Assembly: GCA_963789955.1 (NCBI GenBank)
Contig: CAWBMV010000006.1
Span: forward strand, 64,001 to 128,000
DNA from: an uncultured Candidatus Rokubacteria bacterium
GTDB lineage: Bacteria; Methylomirabilota; Methylomirabilia; Rokubacteriales; CSP1-6
Length of the DNA stretch: 64,000 nt
Direction: 5' to 3'
In this document: positions 8,792 to 18,866 of the stretch, piece by piece
How positions within the stretch are numbered: position 1 is the first letter of the stretch
How the letters are laid out: every line of letters begins with the position of its first letter
Program-made: the position numbers and the translations under genes
Notes under the pieces: generated by a model
Database searches by the model: none
What the model was told of the DNA's origin: nothing
What the model saw: only the letters and a program-made list of their open reading frames with translations

Positions 8792-9139
8792 GCCGACTGC
8801 TGGCGGTGGCGCTGCTTCTGCTCGCTCCGAGCTGGGCCGGGGCTCACGCGTTTCCCGACCATTCCGAGCCCCGGGTCGGGCACACGGTGGAGGCGTCGCC
8901 GCCGGCAGTCCGCATCTGGTTCGACGGGCAGATCGAGCCCGTGTTCAGCAAGCTTCGCGTCGAGGACGCCAACAACCGACAGGTCGACAAGGGCGACTCG
9001 CGGGTGAATCCGACGGACGCGAACAATTCTCGAGGTCGGTCTGCCGCCGCTGGCGCCGGGCCGATATCGCGTGTTCTGGAGCGTCGTCGCCCGTGACGGC
9101 CACCGGACCGAGGGCGATTTTGCTTTTCGGGTGAAATAG
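8788..9139 (+). CDS. copC: Copper-binding protein CopC (frameshift near 9025)
   Basis: AGA-HAFPDHSEP, RIWFDGQIEPVFS, then LEVGLPPLAPGRYRVFWSVVARDGHRTEGDFAF. Confidence 0.9.
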
Positions 9140-9155
9140 ACGGGACGCCCCAGAC

Positions 9156-10540
9156 GTGATCGCCCTGCCTCTGCACGAGCTGCTCCTGGCGACCGGCGGC
9201 CGCTGGCTCGGACTGCTCGCGCTGGCGGTGCTGGTCGGCGGCCTCGTGCTCGACTGCGTCGTGCTCCCGCGCCACGCCGGAGAGCTCGTGACGGCCCGGC
9301 GCCGGCTCCAGCGGTGGATCAGCCTGGCGATCGTGCTACTGCTCGTGACGTCCGTGATCGATCTTCTGGCCCGAGCGCGCGTGATGAGCGGGGGCGACCT
9401 CTCGCAGGTGGGCACGGTGCTGCCGCTCGTGCTGACGCGCACGCACTTCGGCACGGTGTGGATCGCGCGCGCGATCATTCTCGTGGCTCTCCTCGCACTC
9501 TCCGCGTTGCGTCGTCGCCGGCAGCCGGATCGTCGGGTTCGTGCTCGCCCTCGGCGTCGCGCTGACCGGTACGCTCACCGGGCACGCCGCCGACTGGGGC
9601 GATCGCTCGTTCTCCGTGCTGGTCGACTGGCTTCACGCGGTCGCCGCCACCGCGTGGACGGGAGGGCTGTTCGGTCTGGCGATCGCGCTCAGCCCGCGGA
9701 GCGCGTTCAGGATCGGCGCCTCATCCGAGCTGCTCCGTACGGTCGCGCGGCGATTCTCGCGTCTCGCCGGGTACTGCCTGCTGGTCGTCGTCGCCAGCGG
9801 TGTCTACAACGCGTACGTTCAAGTGCCGACCTTCGCTTCGCTGTGGACCACGACGTATGGAGCGGCTCTCCTGCTCAAGGTCGTGCTCGCGCTGGTCCTC
9901 GCGCTGCTGGGCGCTGTGAATCGCTACCTGGTGCTGCCGGGTCTCGGGGCGACCCGCCCGCGACGGCGCGGACGGCTCCGCCGGCTCTGTCGCATCGCGC
10001 TCTTCGGCGCCGCGACGGCTCAGGGAGCAGCGCGAACCCGGCTCTCGCGGCTGGTCGGGCGCGAAGCGGCGGTCGCGGTTGTCGTGTTCGGCTGTACGGC
10101 CGTCCTCGGCGAGTCCACCCCCAAAACCCACGAGGCCCACGCCTCCCACGTCGGCGATCGAGAGGAGGACGGCGCGCATCACGATGCAGGAGCTGCATGC
10201 GAGCGGCGGCGTGCCGAAGGGCTGGATGTTCACGCCGCCCTCGGGCGACGCCGCCAGGGGCCGTGAGGTGTTCGCGCGGCTCGAGTGCTACACGTGTCAC
10301 GCGGTGGCCGGCGAGACGTTCCCGCGGCCCTCGAAGGTCGGGCCCGCGCTGAGCGACGTCGGCCACCATCATCCGCCCGGCTATCTCCTCGAGTCGGTCA
10401 TCAATCCGAACGCCGTGATCGTCGAGGCGCCGGGCTATACTGGCCCCGACGGACGCTCGATCATGCCCGACTATCGCGACAGCCTCTCGACCCGCGAGCT
10501 GATCGACCTGATCGCCTACCTGAAGAGCCTCGGAGGCTAG
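9156..10540 (+). CDS. copD: CopD with C-terminal cytochrome c, probably one fused gene (frameshifts near 9510 and 10170)
   Basis: THFGTVWIAR, TGHAADWG, WLHAVAATAWTGGL, TTTYGAALLLK. His linker THEAHASH. CYTCH heme motif and SIMPDY. Confidence 0.82.
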
Positions 10541-10541
10541 C

Positions 10542-11261
10542 ACGGCGTCCGGGCCCGCCGGCCGCCCGCTTCGAGCCGTCTTCTTCGACGCGGGCAACAC
10601 ACTTCTGCGCATGGACTACGCGGCGATCGCCGCCGCGCTCGCGCGCGAGGGGGTGCGGGTCAGCGCTGACGCCGTTCAGCGCGCCGAATGGCGGGCGCGC
10701 GTCCAGCTCGACGACCACGTCTTCGCGCGGACGGCCGTGGCCGAGTCCACCGAGAGCCAGTCGGCCGCGACGCGTTACATGGCGTACGTGCTCGAGGGGC
10801 TCGGCGTGACCGATCCAGACACCGTCGAGAAGGTCGCCGCCTGGAGGCGGAGCTTCAACCCCCCGGTCGGTGTCTGGACCACGCACGATCCACAAGCGCT
10901 CGAGGCGATCGCGCTCGTGCGCGACTGCGGTCTTCGAGCCGCCGCCATCTCCAACTCGAACGGGTCGGTGCGGTCGGTCCTCGATGCCGTCGGCGTGGCG
11001 GCTCATCTCGACTTCGTCCTTGATTCCGGCGAAGTCGGCGTCGAGAAGCCCGATCGCCGCATCTTCGAGCTCGCGCTGGCCCGCGCCGGAATCGCGGCCG
11101 CTGAAGCTGCCTACATCGGTGACCTCTACACGATCGACGCGCGTGGCGCCGGCGCGGCCGGACTACGGCCCGTCCTCCTCGATCCCGGCGGTTTCTGGGG
11201 CGCCCGCGATTGCGCGATGGCGCCCGATCTCCTGTCGGCGGTGAGGCTGGTGGTGGGCTGA
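10542..11261 (+). CDS. HAD-superfamily hydrolase
   Basis: AVFFDAGNTL (motif I, upstream of the first ATG at 10611), ISNSNG, EKPDRRIF, YIGDLYTID. GGAGG at 10532 precedes an in-frame ACG at 10542. Confidence 0.88.
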   Translation, partial: TASGPAGRPLRAVFFDAGNTLLRMDYAAIAAALAREGVRVSADAVQRAEWRARVQLDDHVFARTAVAESTESQSAATRYMAYVLEGLGVTDPDTVEKVAAWRRSFNPPVGVWTTHDPQALEAIALVRDCGLRAAAISNSNGSVRSVLDAVGVAAHLDFVLDSGEVGVEKPDRRIFELALARAGIAAAEAAYIGDLYTIDARGAGAAGLRPVLLDPGGFWGARDCAMAPDLLSAVRLVVG

Positions 11262-11280
11262 GAGTCACCCGGCGAGCGGC

Positions 11281-12648
11281 TCAGTCGGGCAGGGTCACCG
11301 GGTAGTGGCTCAGCACGGCGTAGATCTCGCGCTTCATCTCCTCGATCTCTCGATCGGTCCGGGCCTCGAAGCGGAGGGTCAGATACGGGTTCGTGTTCGA
11401 GGCGCGCACGAGTCCCCAGCCGCGTCCTGGAAAGATCACCCGGGCGCCGTCGGTGTCGATCGTCTCGTACCGCTGCTTGAGCTCCTGCGTGACTTGCTCG
11501 ACGACCCGGAACTTCTCGCCGTCGGCGCACGGCGCCTTGAGCTCGGGTGTCGTGCGCAGGTGCGGAATCGACGCGAAGATGCGCGAGAGCGACTCCGTCG
11601 CCCCGGCGGTGAGCTCGATGATCTTGCACGAGGCCAGGATGCCGTCGTCGACGCCGTAGTAGTTCTCGGCGAAGAACATGTGGCCGCTCACCTCGCCGCC
11701 GAGCAGGATGTGATCGTCGCGCATCTTGCGCTTCAGGTGCGAGTGGCCGGTCTTCCACATGATGGGCACGCCGCCGTGCTGCCGGATGTCGTCGACGAGC
11801 GCCTGCGAAGACTTCACGTCGAAGACGATCTTGGCGCCGGGATGGCGGGTGAGCAGATCACGGGCGAGCAGGATCAGGATCAGGTCGGCCTCGTGGCGCT
11901 GGCCGCGCTCGTCGATGACCCCGACGCGATCGGCGTCGCCGTCGTAGGCGATCCCGATATCGGCGCCGATCTCGAGAACCTTGGCCTTCAGATCCTCGAC
12001 GTTGCGCTCGTCCTCGGGGTCGGGCAGGTGATTCGGAAAGCTCCCGTCCGACTCGCAGTAGAGCTCGGTGACCTCGCAGCCGATCCGGCGCAGGAGCTCG
12101 GGGCCGTAGATCCCGGCCACGCCGTTGCCGGCGTCGACCACGACCTTCAACCGCCGGGTCGGGCGGACGATCCGCGAGATCGTGTCGAAGTAGTCCTCGC
12201 GCGGGCTGCGCTCGCTCAGGCCGCCGTTTCCGCTCTCGTAGTCCCCGCGCTCGATCGTCCTGAGGAGCGCCTGGATCTCGTCCTCGGAGAGCGGCGCCGC
12301 GCCGGGGTGGACCATCTTCACGCCGTTGTACTCGATCGGGTTGTGGCTGCCGGTGATGTTGGCGCCGCCGTCGAGCTTCCAGTGTGCCGTCGCGAAGTAG
12401 AGGATCGGCGTGGTGGACGGGCCGATGTCGACCACGTCGATGCCGGCCGCGCGCACGCCCTCCACGAAGCCGAGCTTGAGATCGTTCGACGACAGGCGAT
12501 TGTCCCGACCGACCGCGATGCGGCGGCCGCCGTTGCGACGAATCAGGGTCGCATAGGCGCGTCCGACCTGGCGGAAGACGTCGGGGTTGATGTCGCTGCC
12601 GACGAGCCCGCGCACATCGTAGGCGCGGAACACGTGCGGGTTCAACAT
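11281..12648 (-). CDS. Phosphomannomutase/phosphoglucomutase
   Basis: FRAYDVRG, ITGSHNP, DGDADR, GEVSGH, RASNTNP. Confidence 0.96.
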   Translation of the reverse strand: MLNPHVFRAYDVRGLVGSDINPDVFRQVGRAYATLIRRNGGRRIAVGRDNRLSSNDLKLGFVEGVRAAGIDVVDIGPSTTPILYFATAHWKLDGGANITGSHNPIEYNGVKMVHPGAAPLSEDEIQALLRTIERGDYESGNGGLSERSPREDYFDTISRIVRPTRRLKVVVDAGNGVAGIYGPELLRRIGCEVTELYCESDGSFPNHLPDPEDERNVEDLKAKVLEIGADIGIAYDGDADRVGVIDERGQRHEADLILILLARDLLTRHPGAKIVFDVKSSQALVDDIRQHGGVPIMWKTGHSHLKRKMRDDHILLGGEVSGHMFFAENYYGVDDGILASCKIIELTAGATESLSRIFASIPHLRTTPELKAPCADGEKFRVVEQVTQELKQRYETIDTDGARVIFPGRGWGLVRASNTNPYLTLRFEARTDREIEEMKREIYAVLSHYPVTLPD

Positions 12649-12748
12649 TGTGCGGTCCTCTCGGCTACGTTATTGTGACGGCGCGACGCGCCGCCGGAAT
12701 GGCAGCGTATCATCCGCGGCGACTCTCGAAAGGTCTCAAGGAGATCCC

Positions 12749-13165
12749 ATGGCGCTGATGGACGATGCCGGGCTGAAAGCCCTCACGAAGAAGACGAGCC
12801 AGAAGCTCTTCAGCAGCTTGAAGGGCGGCTCTGGATTCGAGACGTGGAAACGATTCGACAAGGGGCTCGCGCGCGAGCTCTCGCTGTTCTTCACCGGGGT
12901 GCTCTACAGCCGGGAGGTCATCTCCCAGAAGCAGCGGGAGCTCTGCGCGGTCGGCGCGCTCACCGCGCTCCATCGGCCCAACGAGGTGCGCGCGCACATC
13001 CACGCGGCGCTCAACGTCGGCGCCACCCGCCAGGAAGTGGCGGAGGTGATCTTCCAGATGGTCACCTACGGCGGCATGCCGGTCGTGGTCGACGCGCTCG
13101 AGGTGTACGGGCAGGTGCTGGCCGAGCGCGGCGAGCCCTTCCCGGGGGAAGAGCCCGCGCGGTGA
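12749..13165 (+). CDS. Carboxymuconolactone decarboxylase (AhpD-like) family protein
   Basis: AAGGAG SD. LYSREVISQKQRELC..HIHAALNVGATRQEVAEVI..YGGMP. Confidence 0.88.
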   Translation: MALMDDAGLKALTKKTSQKLFSSLKGGSGFETWKRFDKGLARELSLFFTGVLYSREVISQKQRELCAVGALTALHRPNEVRAHIHAALNVGATRQEVAEVIFQMVTYGGMPVVVDALEVYGQVLAERGEPFPGEEPAR

Positions 13166-13935
13166 GCGACGCGGCGCTGGCGGCCGCCGTCGACGCCGCC
13201 CGGGCGGCCGGGCGCGTCGCGCTGAAGTACTATCACGGCGGCTTCGAGATCGTCCTGAAGCCGGACGCGACGCCGGTGACGCAGGCCGACCGGGAGGCCG
13301 AGCGGACCATCGTCGAGATCCTCGGGCGGACGTTCCCGGAGCACGGGTTCCTCGGCGAGGAGTTCGGAAGCTCCGGGAAGACCGACACGCGGTGGATCAT
13401 CGATCCCATCGACGGCACGAAGAACTTCGTCCGCCACATCCCGATCTGGGCGACGTTGATCGCGCTCGAGGAGCACGGCGAGATCACGGTCGGCGTCATC
13501 CACAATCCGGTGACCGGCGATCTCTACACCGCGCGCCGGGGCGGCGGCGCGTTCCTGAACGGCGAGCGCATCCGCATCTCGGGCGAAGGCGACATGAGCC
13601 AGGCCTATCTGCTGCACGCCGGGCTGCGCGGCGCGCGGACGACGCGGTACTGGGACGGGTTCATGCGGCTCGTGGACGCGACCGACCGGCAGCGCGGCTT
13701 CGGCGACTACATCGGCTACTGCCTGATCGCCGAGGGCAAGGCCGAGGTCTACGCCGAGATCTACCCGGAGGGCTCGGGACTCAAGCCCTGGGACCTGGCC
13801 CCGTGCAAGATCCTCGTCGAGGAGGCGGGCGGCCGGTTCACCGATCTCGAGGGCCGTCCGACGATCTACTCGAGCTCGGCGCTGGCCACGAACGGACGCC
13901 TCCACGATGCCGCGGTGGCGCTGCTCCGGCCCTGA
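13162..13935 (+). CDS. hisN: Histidinol-phosphatase / inositol monophosphatase family
   Basis: TPVTQADREAE, GEEFG, WIIDPIDGTKNF, RGFGD, KPWDLA. Confidence 0.85.
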   Translation: MSDAALAAAVDAARAAGRVALKYYHGGFEIVLKPDATPVTQADREAERTIVEILGRTFPEHGFLGEEFGSSGKTDTRWIIDPIDGTKNFVRHIPIWATLIALEEHGEITVGVIHNPVTGDLYTARRGGGAFLNGERIRISGEGDMSQAYLLHAGLRGARTTRYWDGFMRLVDATDRQRGFGDYIGYCLIAEGKAEVYAEIYPEGSGLKPWDLAPCKILVEEAGGRFTDLEGRPTIYSSSALATNGRLHDAAVALLRP

Positions 13936-14867
13936 CACTCGCGATTCATCCCGGCGCCCTGGGCGACGTGCTCCTCGCGATCCCTGCGCTTCGCGTCCTG
14001 CGGCGCACCCGGCCTCGTGACACGCTGGTCGTGGCGGCGCAGCCGCGGATCGGCCGGCTCCTCGAAATCCTGGGTGTTGTCGATCGCTCGATCGACTTCG
14101 AGACGCTCGGGCTCGATGCCCTCTTTCAGGATGACCCGGACGGGCGGGACGGGGAATGGCCGGCGCGCTGTGCGGAGGATCTACGGCGGGCCACGCGCGT
14201 GGTCGCGTGGGTCGGCTCGCGCGAGCCGCGATTCGTGAAGCGGCTCATCGGGCTCGTGCCGGGCTCCGTCGTGGCGCCGTCCGTGAGCGCCGGGCGCCTG
14301 GTCTGGGAGCACCTCGTGGAGAGTACGGGCGAGCGCAGCGGCGATCATTCGATTCGCGCGGCGGTTCGCGTGCCGGCAGCGCTCGCGGACGAGGCGCGAC
14401 GCGAGCTGCGCCATCATGGCTGGAACGGAAGCGACCGCCTGCTGTTCGTGCATCCCGGATCGGGCGGGCGAGGCAAACGATGGGCCGCGACGGGCTTCGC
14501 CGCCGTGCTCGAGCGAGTCGCGCCGCTGCCGCGTCTCGCGGTCGTCGTCCATCAAGGACCGGCAGATGCCGAGGCCGTGGCGGCGCTCCCGGAGCGTCTG
14601 ACCGCTCGCGCGATCAGTCTCCGGGAGCCACCGCTACCGCTTCTAGCCGGGATGCTGACCCACGCGGCCGCCTACCTCGGAAACGATTCGGGGATCAGCC
14701 ATCTGGCCGCGACGGTCGGTGTCCCTTCGATCGTGCTCTTCGGCGCCGACCAGCTGGGCTGGCGACCGTGGGCCGAGCACGTCGAGCCGCTGGTCGTCTC
14801 GCTGACGGGGACGGATGACTCCGACACCGCACGAGTCATGACGCAGCTGACGACGTTACTCCGGTGA
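13932..14867 (+). CDS. Glycosyltransferase family 9 (heptosyltransferase-like); start uncertain
   Basis: HPGALGDVLL, HPGSGGRGKRW, YLGNDSGISHLAA, WRP. The only plausible nearby start is a CTG overlapping the upstream TGA. Confidence 0.85.
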   Translation: MTLAIHPGALGDVLLAIPALRVLRRTRPRDTLVVAAQPRIGRLLEILGVVDRSIDFETLGLDALFQDDPDGRDGEWPARCAEDLRRATRVVAWVGSREPRFVKRLIGLVPGSVVAPSVSAGRLVWEHLVESTGERSGDHSIRAAVRVPAALADEARRELRHHGWNGSDRLLFVHPGSGGRGKRWAATGFAAVLERVAPLPRLAVVVHQGPADAEAVAALPERLTARAISLREPPLPLLAGMLTHAAAYLGNDSGISHLAATVGVPSIVLFGADQLGWRPWAEHVEPLVVSLTGTDDSDTARVMTQLTTLLR

Positions 14868-15022
14868 GACCACGGGGCACGATCCTCGCGGCGAGTGTCC
14901 TCATCGCCGCCGGCTTCGCCGTGGCGGTCGTCGAGATGCTACGGCTCCCGAAGGGAACGATCTGGATCGTCGTGGCCGTCGCGGTGGCGGCCCTGGCGAT
15001 CATCCGTGCCGCGACGCGCTGA
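14864..15022 (+). CDS. Small two-TM membrane protein (52 aa, not in the ORF track)
   Basis: GTGA overlap with GT9. MRPRGTILAASVLIAAGFAVAVVEMLRLPKGTIWIVVAVAVAALAIIRAATR. Confidence 0.6.
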   Translation: MRPRGTILAASVLIAAGFAVAVVEMLRLPKGTIWIVVAVAVAALAIIRAATR

Positions 15023-15037
15023 GCGTCGGCGCGGCCT

Positions 15038-15199
15038 CTAGAAGAACTCGCTCGGCGGATCCGACTCCTCGTTGCCGCGATCGTCCGGGGACGGATCGGG
15101 CTCCGAGCCGTCCGTCAGCTGAAAGCGAGCGAGCACCTCCTCCTCCAGGTTGGGCTCTCCCCTGATGGCCAGGTCGAACCAGAGGTCCATATGCTGCAT
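15038..15199 (-). CDS. Small acidic hypothetical protein
   Basis: GGAGG upstream. MQHMDLWFDLAIRGEPNLEEEVLARF... A sigma54-like motif lies upstream. Confidence 0.4.
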   Translation of the reverse strand: MQHMDLWFDLAIRGEPNLEEEVLARFQLTDGSEPDPSPDDRGNEESDPPSEFF

Positions 15200-15261
15200 T
15201 TCAATTTGCCTCCGGGCGCCTTGCACCCTGTTCGGTCATCTCCATCTGCACGGCTCCCTAC

Positions 15262-15277
15262 GCAGGAGTCGTGCCCA
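15262..15277 (-). promoter_or_regulatory. Putative sigma54 (-24/-12) promoter
   Basis: TGGGCACGACTCCTGC has GG-N10-GC spacing with GGCAC. Confidence 0.45.
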
Positions 15278-15389
15278 TTGGAGAGTTTCGAAGAATCAGA
15301 GGCTTGGACGTCGGCGCGATCGATCGGGCAGGGCACAATTCCGGAAGCTCTCGGGAAAGATGCCCGATGAGCTCGGGAGATTTCGGGGA

Positions 15390-16421
15390 TCAGCGAGGGC
15401 GCGTGAGGTCCTCGAACGGCCCGGAGATGCGAAGCACCTCGTTCACGGGCCACGTGCCTGCCTTGATCGCGATGACGAAGAGATCGCCGGCCATGCCGGC
15501 GCGTCGCGCCTCCGGCGTGGCCGGCGCGAAGACCAGGGCCCGCGGTACGTCTCCGTCGGTGAAGCTGGCGAATTCGATCCGCTTGCCGTCCGGCGTGAGG
15601 ATGAAGATCTGCTTCTCGTTGCGATCGGCCACGAACACGGTGCCTCCGGGGCCGACGCCGAGCGCGGCGACCACAGGCCCGCGGTGGACGACCTCGGACG
15701 CGCCCTGCGGCGAGACGCGTACGATCTCGCCGGGACCCTGCTGATAGGGCGCTTCGGCGCTGCCGTCGCTGCCGATCCACAGCTGATCGCGCTCGTCGAT
15801 CGCAAGCAGGCGTGGACGCGCGAGCTTCACGAATGCTGGATTGAGCAGACGGCCCTCGGGATCGAGGCGGACGATGACGCCCTCGGCGCGATCCGCGACG
15901 TAGAGATTTCCCGCCGAGTCGACGGCCGACGCTTCAGGCTGTCTCAGAACCGGTCGAGCGCCCCGCTCGGGCGTACCGCCCGCGAACAGCTCGGCCCGTC
16001 CGTCGACCACGCGATAGAGCGCGCCGACCTTCCGCTCACGATCGAACGTCGTCACGAAGAGCTCGCGCCCGCGCCGGGTCGCGCCGACTTGCGGGTTGAG
16101 CAGCGGCGGCCCGTAGAAGTACCGCGCCTCGACGTCGGGGCTCAGCCGCGCGCCGCCGGCGGGGATCCGATAGATCGGCCAGAGGTCGTAGGCTTCGCCC
16201 CCGACATAGCGCCGTCCGGTGCGGGCCAGGTAGAGCGATCCGGCCTGATCGAACGTGAGCGTGGAGGTGGCCGGGATGCCGCGGATGCCGCGCGTGGCGT
16301 CGGTGTCGAAGCCCTCGCCGGTCACGTAGGTCTGGGCGGTGAATCCGGTCGGCAACCTGAGCTCGGCCGCCGCCGGCAGCGGCAGCAGCAACACGATGAG
16401 CGCGCAGAGTCGGGTGATCAT
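15390..16421 (-). CDS. Secreted beta-propeller protein (NHL/SMP-30-like repeats)
   Basis: Signal peptide. Repeats PEASAVDSAGNLYVAD, PRLLAIDERDQLWI, LGVGPGGTVFVAD. Confidence 0.8.
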   Translation of the reverse strand: MITRLCALIVLLLPLPAAAELRLPTGFTAQTYVTGEGFDTDATRGIRGIPATSTLTFDQAGSLYLARTGRRYVGGEAYDLWPIYRIPAGGARLSPDVEARYFYGPPLLNPQVGATRRGRELFVTTFDRERKVGALYRVVDGRAELFAGGTPERGARPVLRQPEASAVDSAGNLYVADRAEGVIVRLDPEGRLLNPAFVKLARPRLLAIDERDQLWIGSDGSAEAPYQQGPGEIVRVSPQGASEVVHRGPVVAALGVGPGGTVFVADRNEKQIFILTPDGKRIEFASFTDGDVPRALVFAPATPEARRAGMAGDLFVIAIKAGTWPVNEVLRISGPFEDLTRPR

Positions 16422-17485
16422 CGCGACGGCCGCTTCCAGATGTCGCGGTCGTGCATCAGCCGGATCTGTCGCCGGATGACCTTCTCGCGATACTCCGCGT
16501 GCTTCATGGGCGCGCGCTTCAGATAGAGATTCTTCGGGTAGATCGGCCGCTCGTAGAGAATCTGGTAGAGCTCGGTTCTCAGATCTTTCATCCAGTTGTC
16601 CCACTGCGCCCGGGCCCGATGATCGCGCAGCGCCTCGATGTCGATGACGCCCCCGACATAGGTCGAGCCGGCGCCGTAGTCCTGCCGGCCGACGATGCGG
16701 CCCTTGTAGTCGATGATAAAGGACCGGCCGCCGAACGTATCGATCGGCGTCGATTCCTCCGGGAACAGGTAGTACGTGCCCATGTTCGGCGCGACGAGGT
16801 ACATGTTGTTGTCGAGCGCCCGGGCTCGGCTCTGGATCTCGAAGATGTCGTTGCCGGTCGCCGGATGCGGATAGGAGGCGCGATACACGACCTCGGCGCC
16901 GTTCAGCGCCAGCGCCCGCGCGTTCTCCGGATACGAGCCCTCGTTCGCCATCATGATGCCCATGCGCCCGATCTCGGTGTCGACGACCGGCCAGAACGCG
17001 TCGAGCGTCTTGCCGTACTTCTCGACCCACCAGTCGTAGACGTCGTGGGGACAGACCGAGTGCTCCACCGGAAACAGCGGCGAGACCTTGTAATGCTTCA
17101 GGATCACCCGGCCTCGCGGGTTGATGATGAACCCGACGTTGAAGTAGCGGTCCTTGAGGTCGGGGTGCCTCGCCTTGGCCTGCGCCATGACGAACGCGTT
17201 GTACTCCTTCGCGATCTTGCCGAGGGCCTCGGTCTCTTCGCCGGGAATGTCGATCGCGCACTCGCGCGCGAACGTCACGTGGTCGAGGTCGAGCACCTCG
17301 TCGTTGAACGCCTGGAGCGCCCCCTCGGGAAACGCGATCAGCCGCACCGGAATATCGAGGCTGGAGAGCCACGACGCCGCCTTCACCAGGTGCGAGAGGT
17401 GCTCGAGGTTGATCTTGATGTCCCCGCGCTTGCGGATGCCGCGGACGGTGGGGATCAGGCCGACGGCGGTGTACGGTTTGATCAT
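16418..17485 (-). CDS. Nitrilase-superfamily carbon-nitrogen hydrolase homolog (nucleophile position is Ala)
   Basis: FPEG (catalytic Glu), HYKV (Lys), VDTEIGRMGIMMANEGSYPENARALALNGAEV, RARALDNNMY. Confidence 0.88.
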   Translation of the reverse strand: MIKPYTAVGLIPTVRGIRKRGDIKINLEHLSHLVKAASWLSSLDIPVRLIAFPEGALQAFNDEVLDLDHVTFARECAIDIPGEETEALGKIAKEYNAFVMAQAKARHPDLKDRYFNVGFIINPRGRVILKHYKVSPLFPVEHSVCPHDVYDWWVEKYGKTLDAFWPVVDTEIGRMGIMMANEGSYPENARALALNGAEVVYRASYPHPATGNDIFEIQSRARALDNNMYLVAPNMGTYYLFPEESTPIDTFGGRSFIIDYKGRIVGRQDYGAGSTYVGGVIDIEALRDHRARAQWDNWMKDLRTELYQILYERPIYPKNLYLKRAPMKHAEYREKVIRRQIRLMHDRDIWKRPSR

Positions 17486-17496
17486 TCGCTCGCTCC

Positions 17497-18762
17497 TCAG
17501 CGGCTGGTGATACGGGTAACTTCGCGAACGCGGTCGTCGTCGATCTCGATCGCCACCTCTGTGGTGCACGTTGCCGTTGGCGCTGCGATACACGCAAGGT
17601 GCGCCGGCCCGGGGGCGTCACGCGCTCGTGCTCCTCGTCGGGGCGCCCGAAGCGGGAGACGACCTCGTCGTAGCGCGTCCCGACGCGGGATCAGGCGTCA
17701 CGAGCGACTCGCGCGACGGCACGCCGCCGGTGACCGTGGCGCGCCGGTCCTGCGAATCGGCGCCGCGCGCGGCGTCGACGGCGGATCCGGCGGCCCACGT
17801 CCGTGCTCAGCATGAAGACGCCGCCCAGATTCGTGGCCAACAAGATCAGTGCCGAGATCACGATCGGGCGCCAGTTGATACGCCCGGTGAAGTAGTGGTA
17901 CTGCACGCGCAGGCTCTGGGCGGCGACGTCTTGAGAAGGCAGGAGCGTCAGGGCCACGACCTCACCGCCCGCGCGCACGCGGCTCTGGCGGCGGACGGCC
18001 GACGCCGGCGCGATCTCCTCGATCTTGAGATGGTCCGAGTCGCCGAAGTTCGCGATGACCAGCGAGTAGTCACGCGCCAGACGCACGATCCGGTCGCGGC
18101 GCTCGTAGTAGAGCGCGAACAGCCCGAGCACCGGCGGGCCCAGATCCCCGAAGCCCGGCGATGAGCACCTGGCGCGGACCCCAGAAGAGATCTTCCAGCC
18201 ACGTCCCGGCCTTCTGCGCCAGGAGACCACGAAGCGGCAGCACCAGGGTCACGATCGCGAGCTGATCGGCCAGGCGCGGCGTCCAGGGGATCTTGATGTA
18301 CGTCACGATGCCGGCCTGTGTCCCGGGCCGGGTGAAGTTCACATACGAGGGCGTGACCGGGAGCGGCTCGCCGAGCACCGCCGTGCCGAGCTGCAGACGG
18401 TCGCGGCTTCTGAGCAGGAGCCGCCCGCTGTTCACGACGGCGAGACCCCGGCGCTCGACCTCGCGCACGAGCTGCGGCTCCGCGGCCCCGGGTGCCGTGG
18501 CCTCGGTGATCTCCGCGGGCCACAGGAGAAACAGGTCCTGCGCGATGTCCGTCTTGCTCGTGACCGGCCCCGTCGTGAGACTCCACGAGAGATTCACGAT
18601 GACGGTCGGCTGGCCCGGGGTCACGTTCGCGACGACGAAGAGCGGCCCGATCGTGAAGTCGGGATGCGGTTGCGAGGCGAGGAAGACCTGACCGTGGCCC
18701 GGCGCCGGCAGGGCCATCGCCGCGCAGAGGAGGGCGGCGATCGCCGTGCACGATTTGATCAT
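17497..18762 (-). CDS. Exported/membrane hypothetical protein (several frameshifts)
   Basis: Signal peptide, soluble domain, TM WRPIVISALILLATNLGG, Arg run, then YDEVVSRFGRPDEE..EVAIEIDDDRVREV across frames. Confidence 0.6.
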
Positions 18763-18866
18763 GTCGCGCTCCTCTGCTAAGGTCCGGCTGCGCCGCCGGC
18801 CAGATCGAGACTGTGAACAGTTAGCACACTTTTTTCCGCCGCGTACAAGGAGCCCCGAGAGCCATC

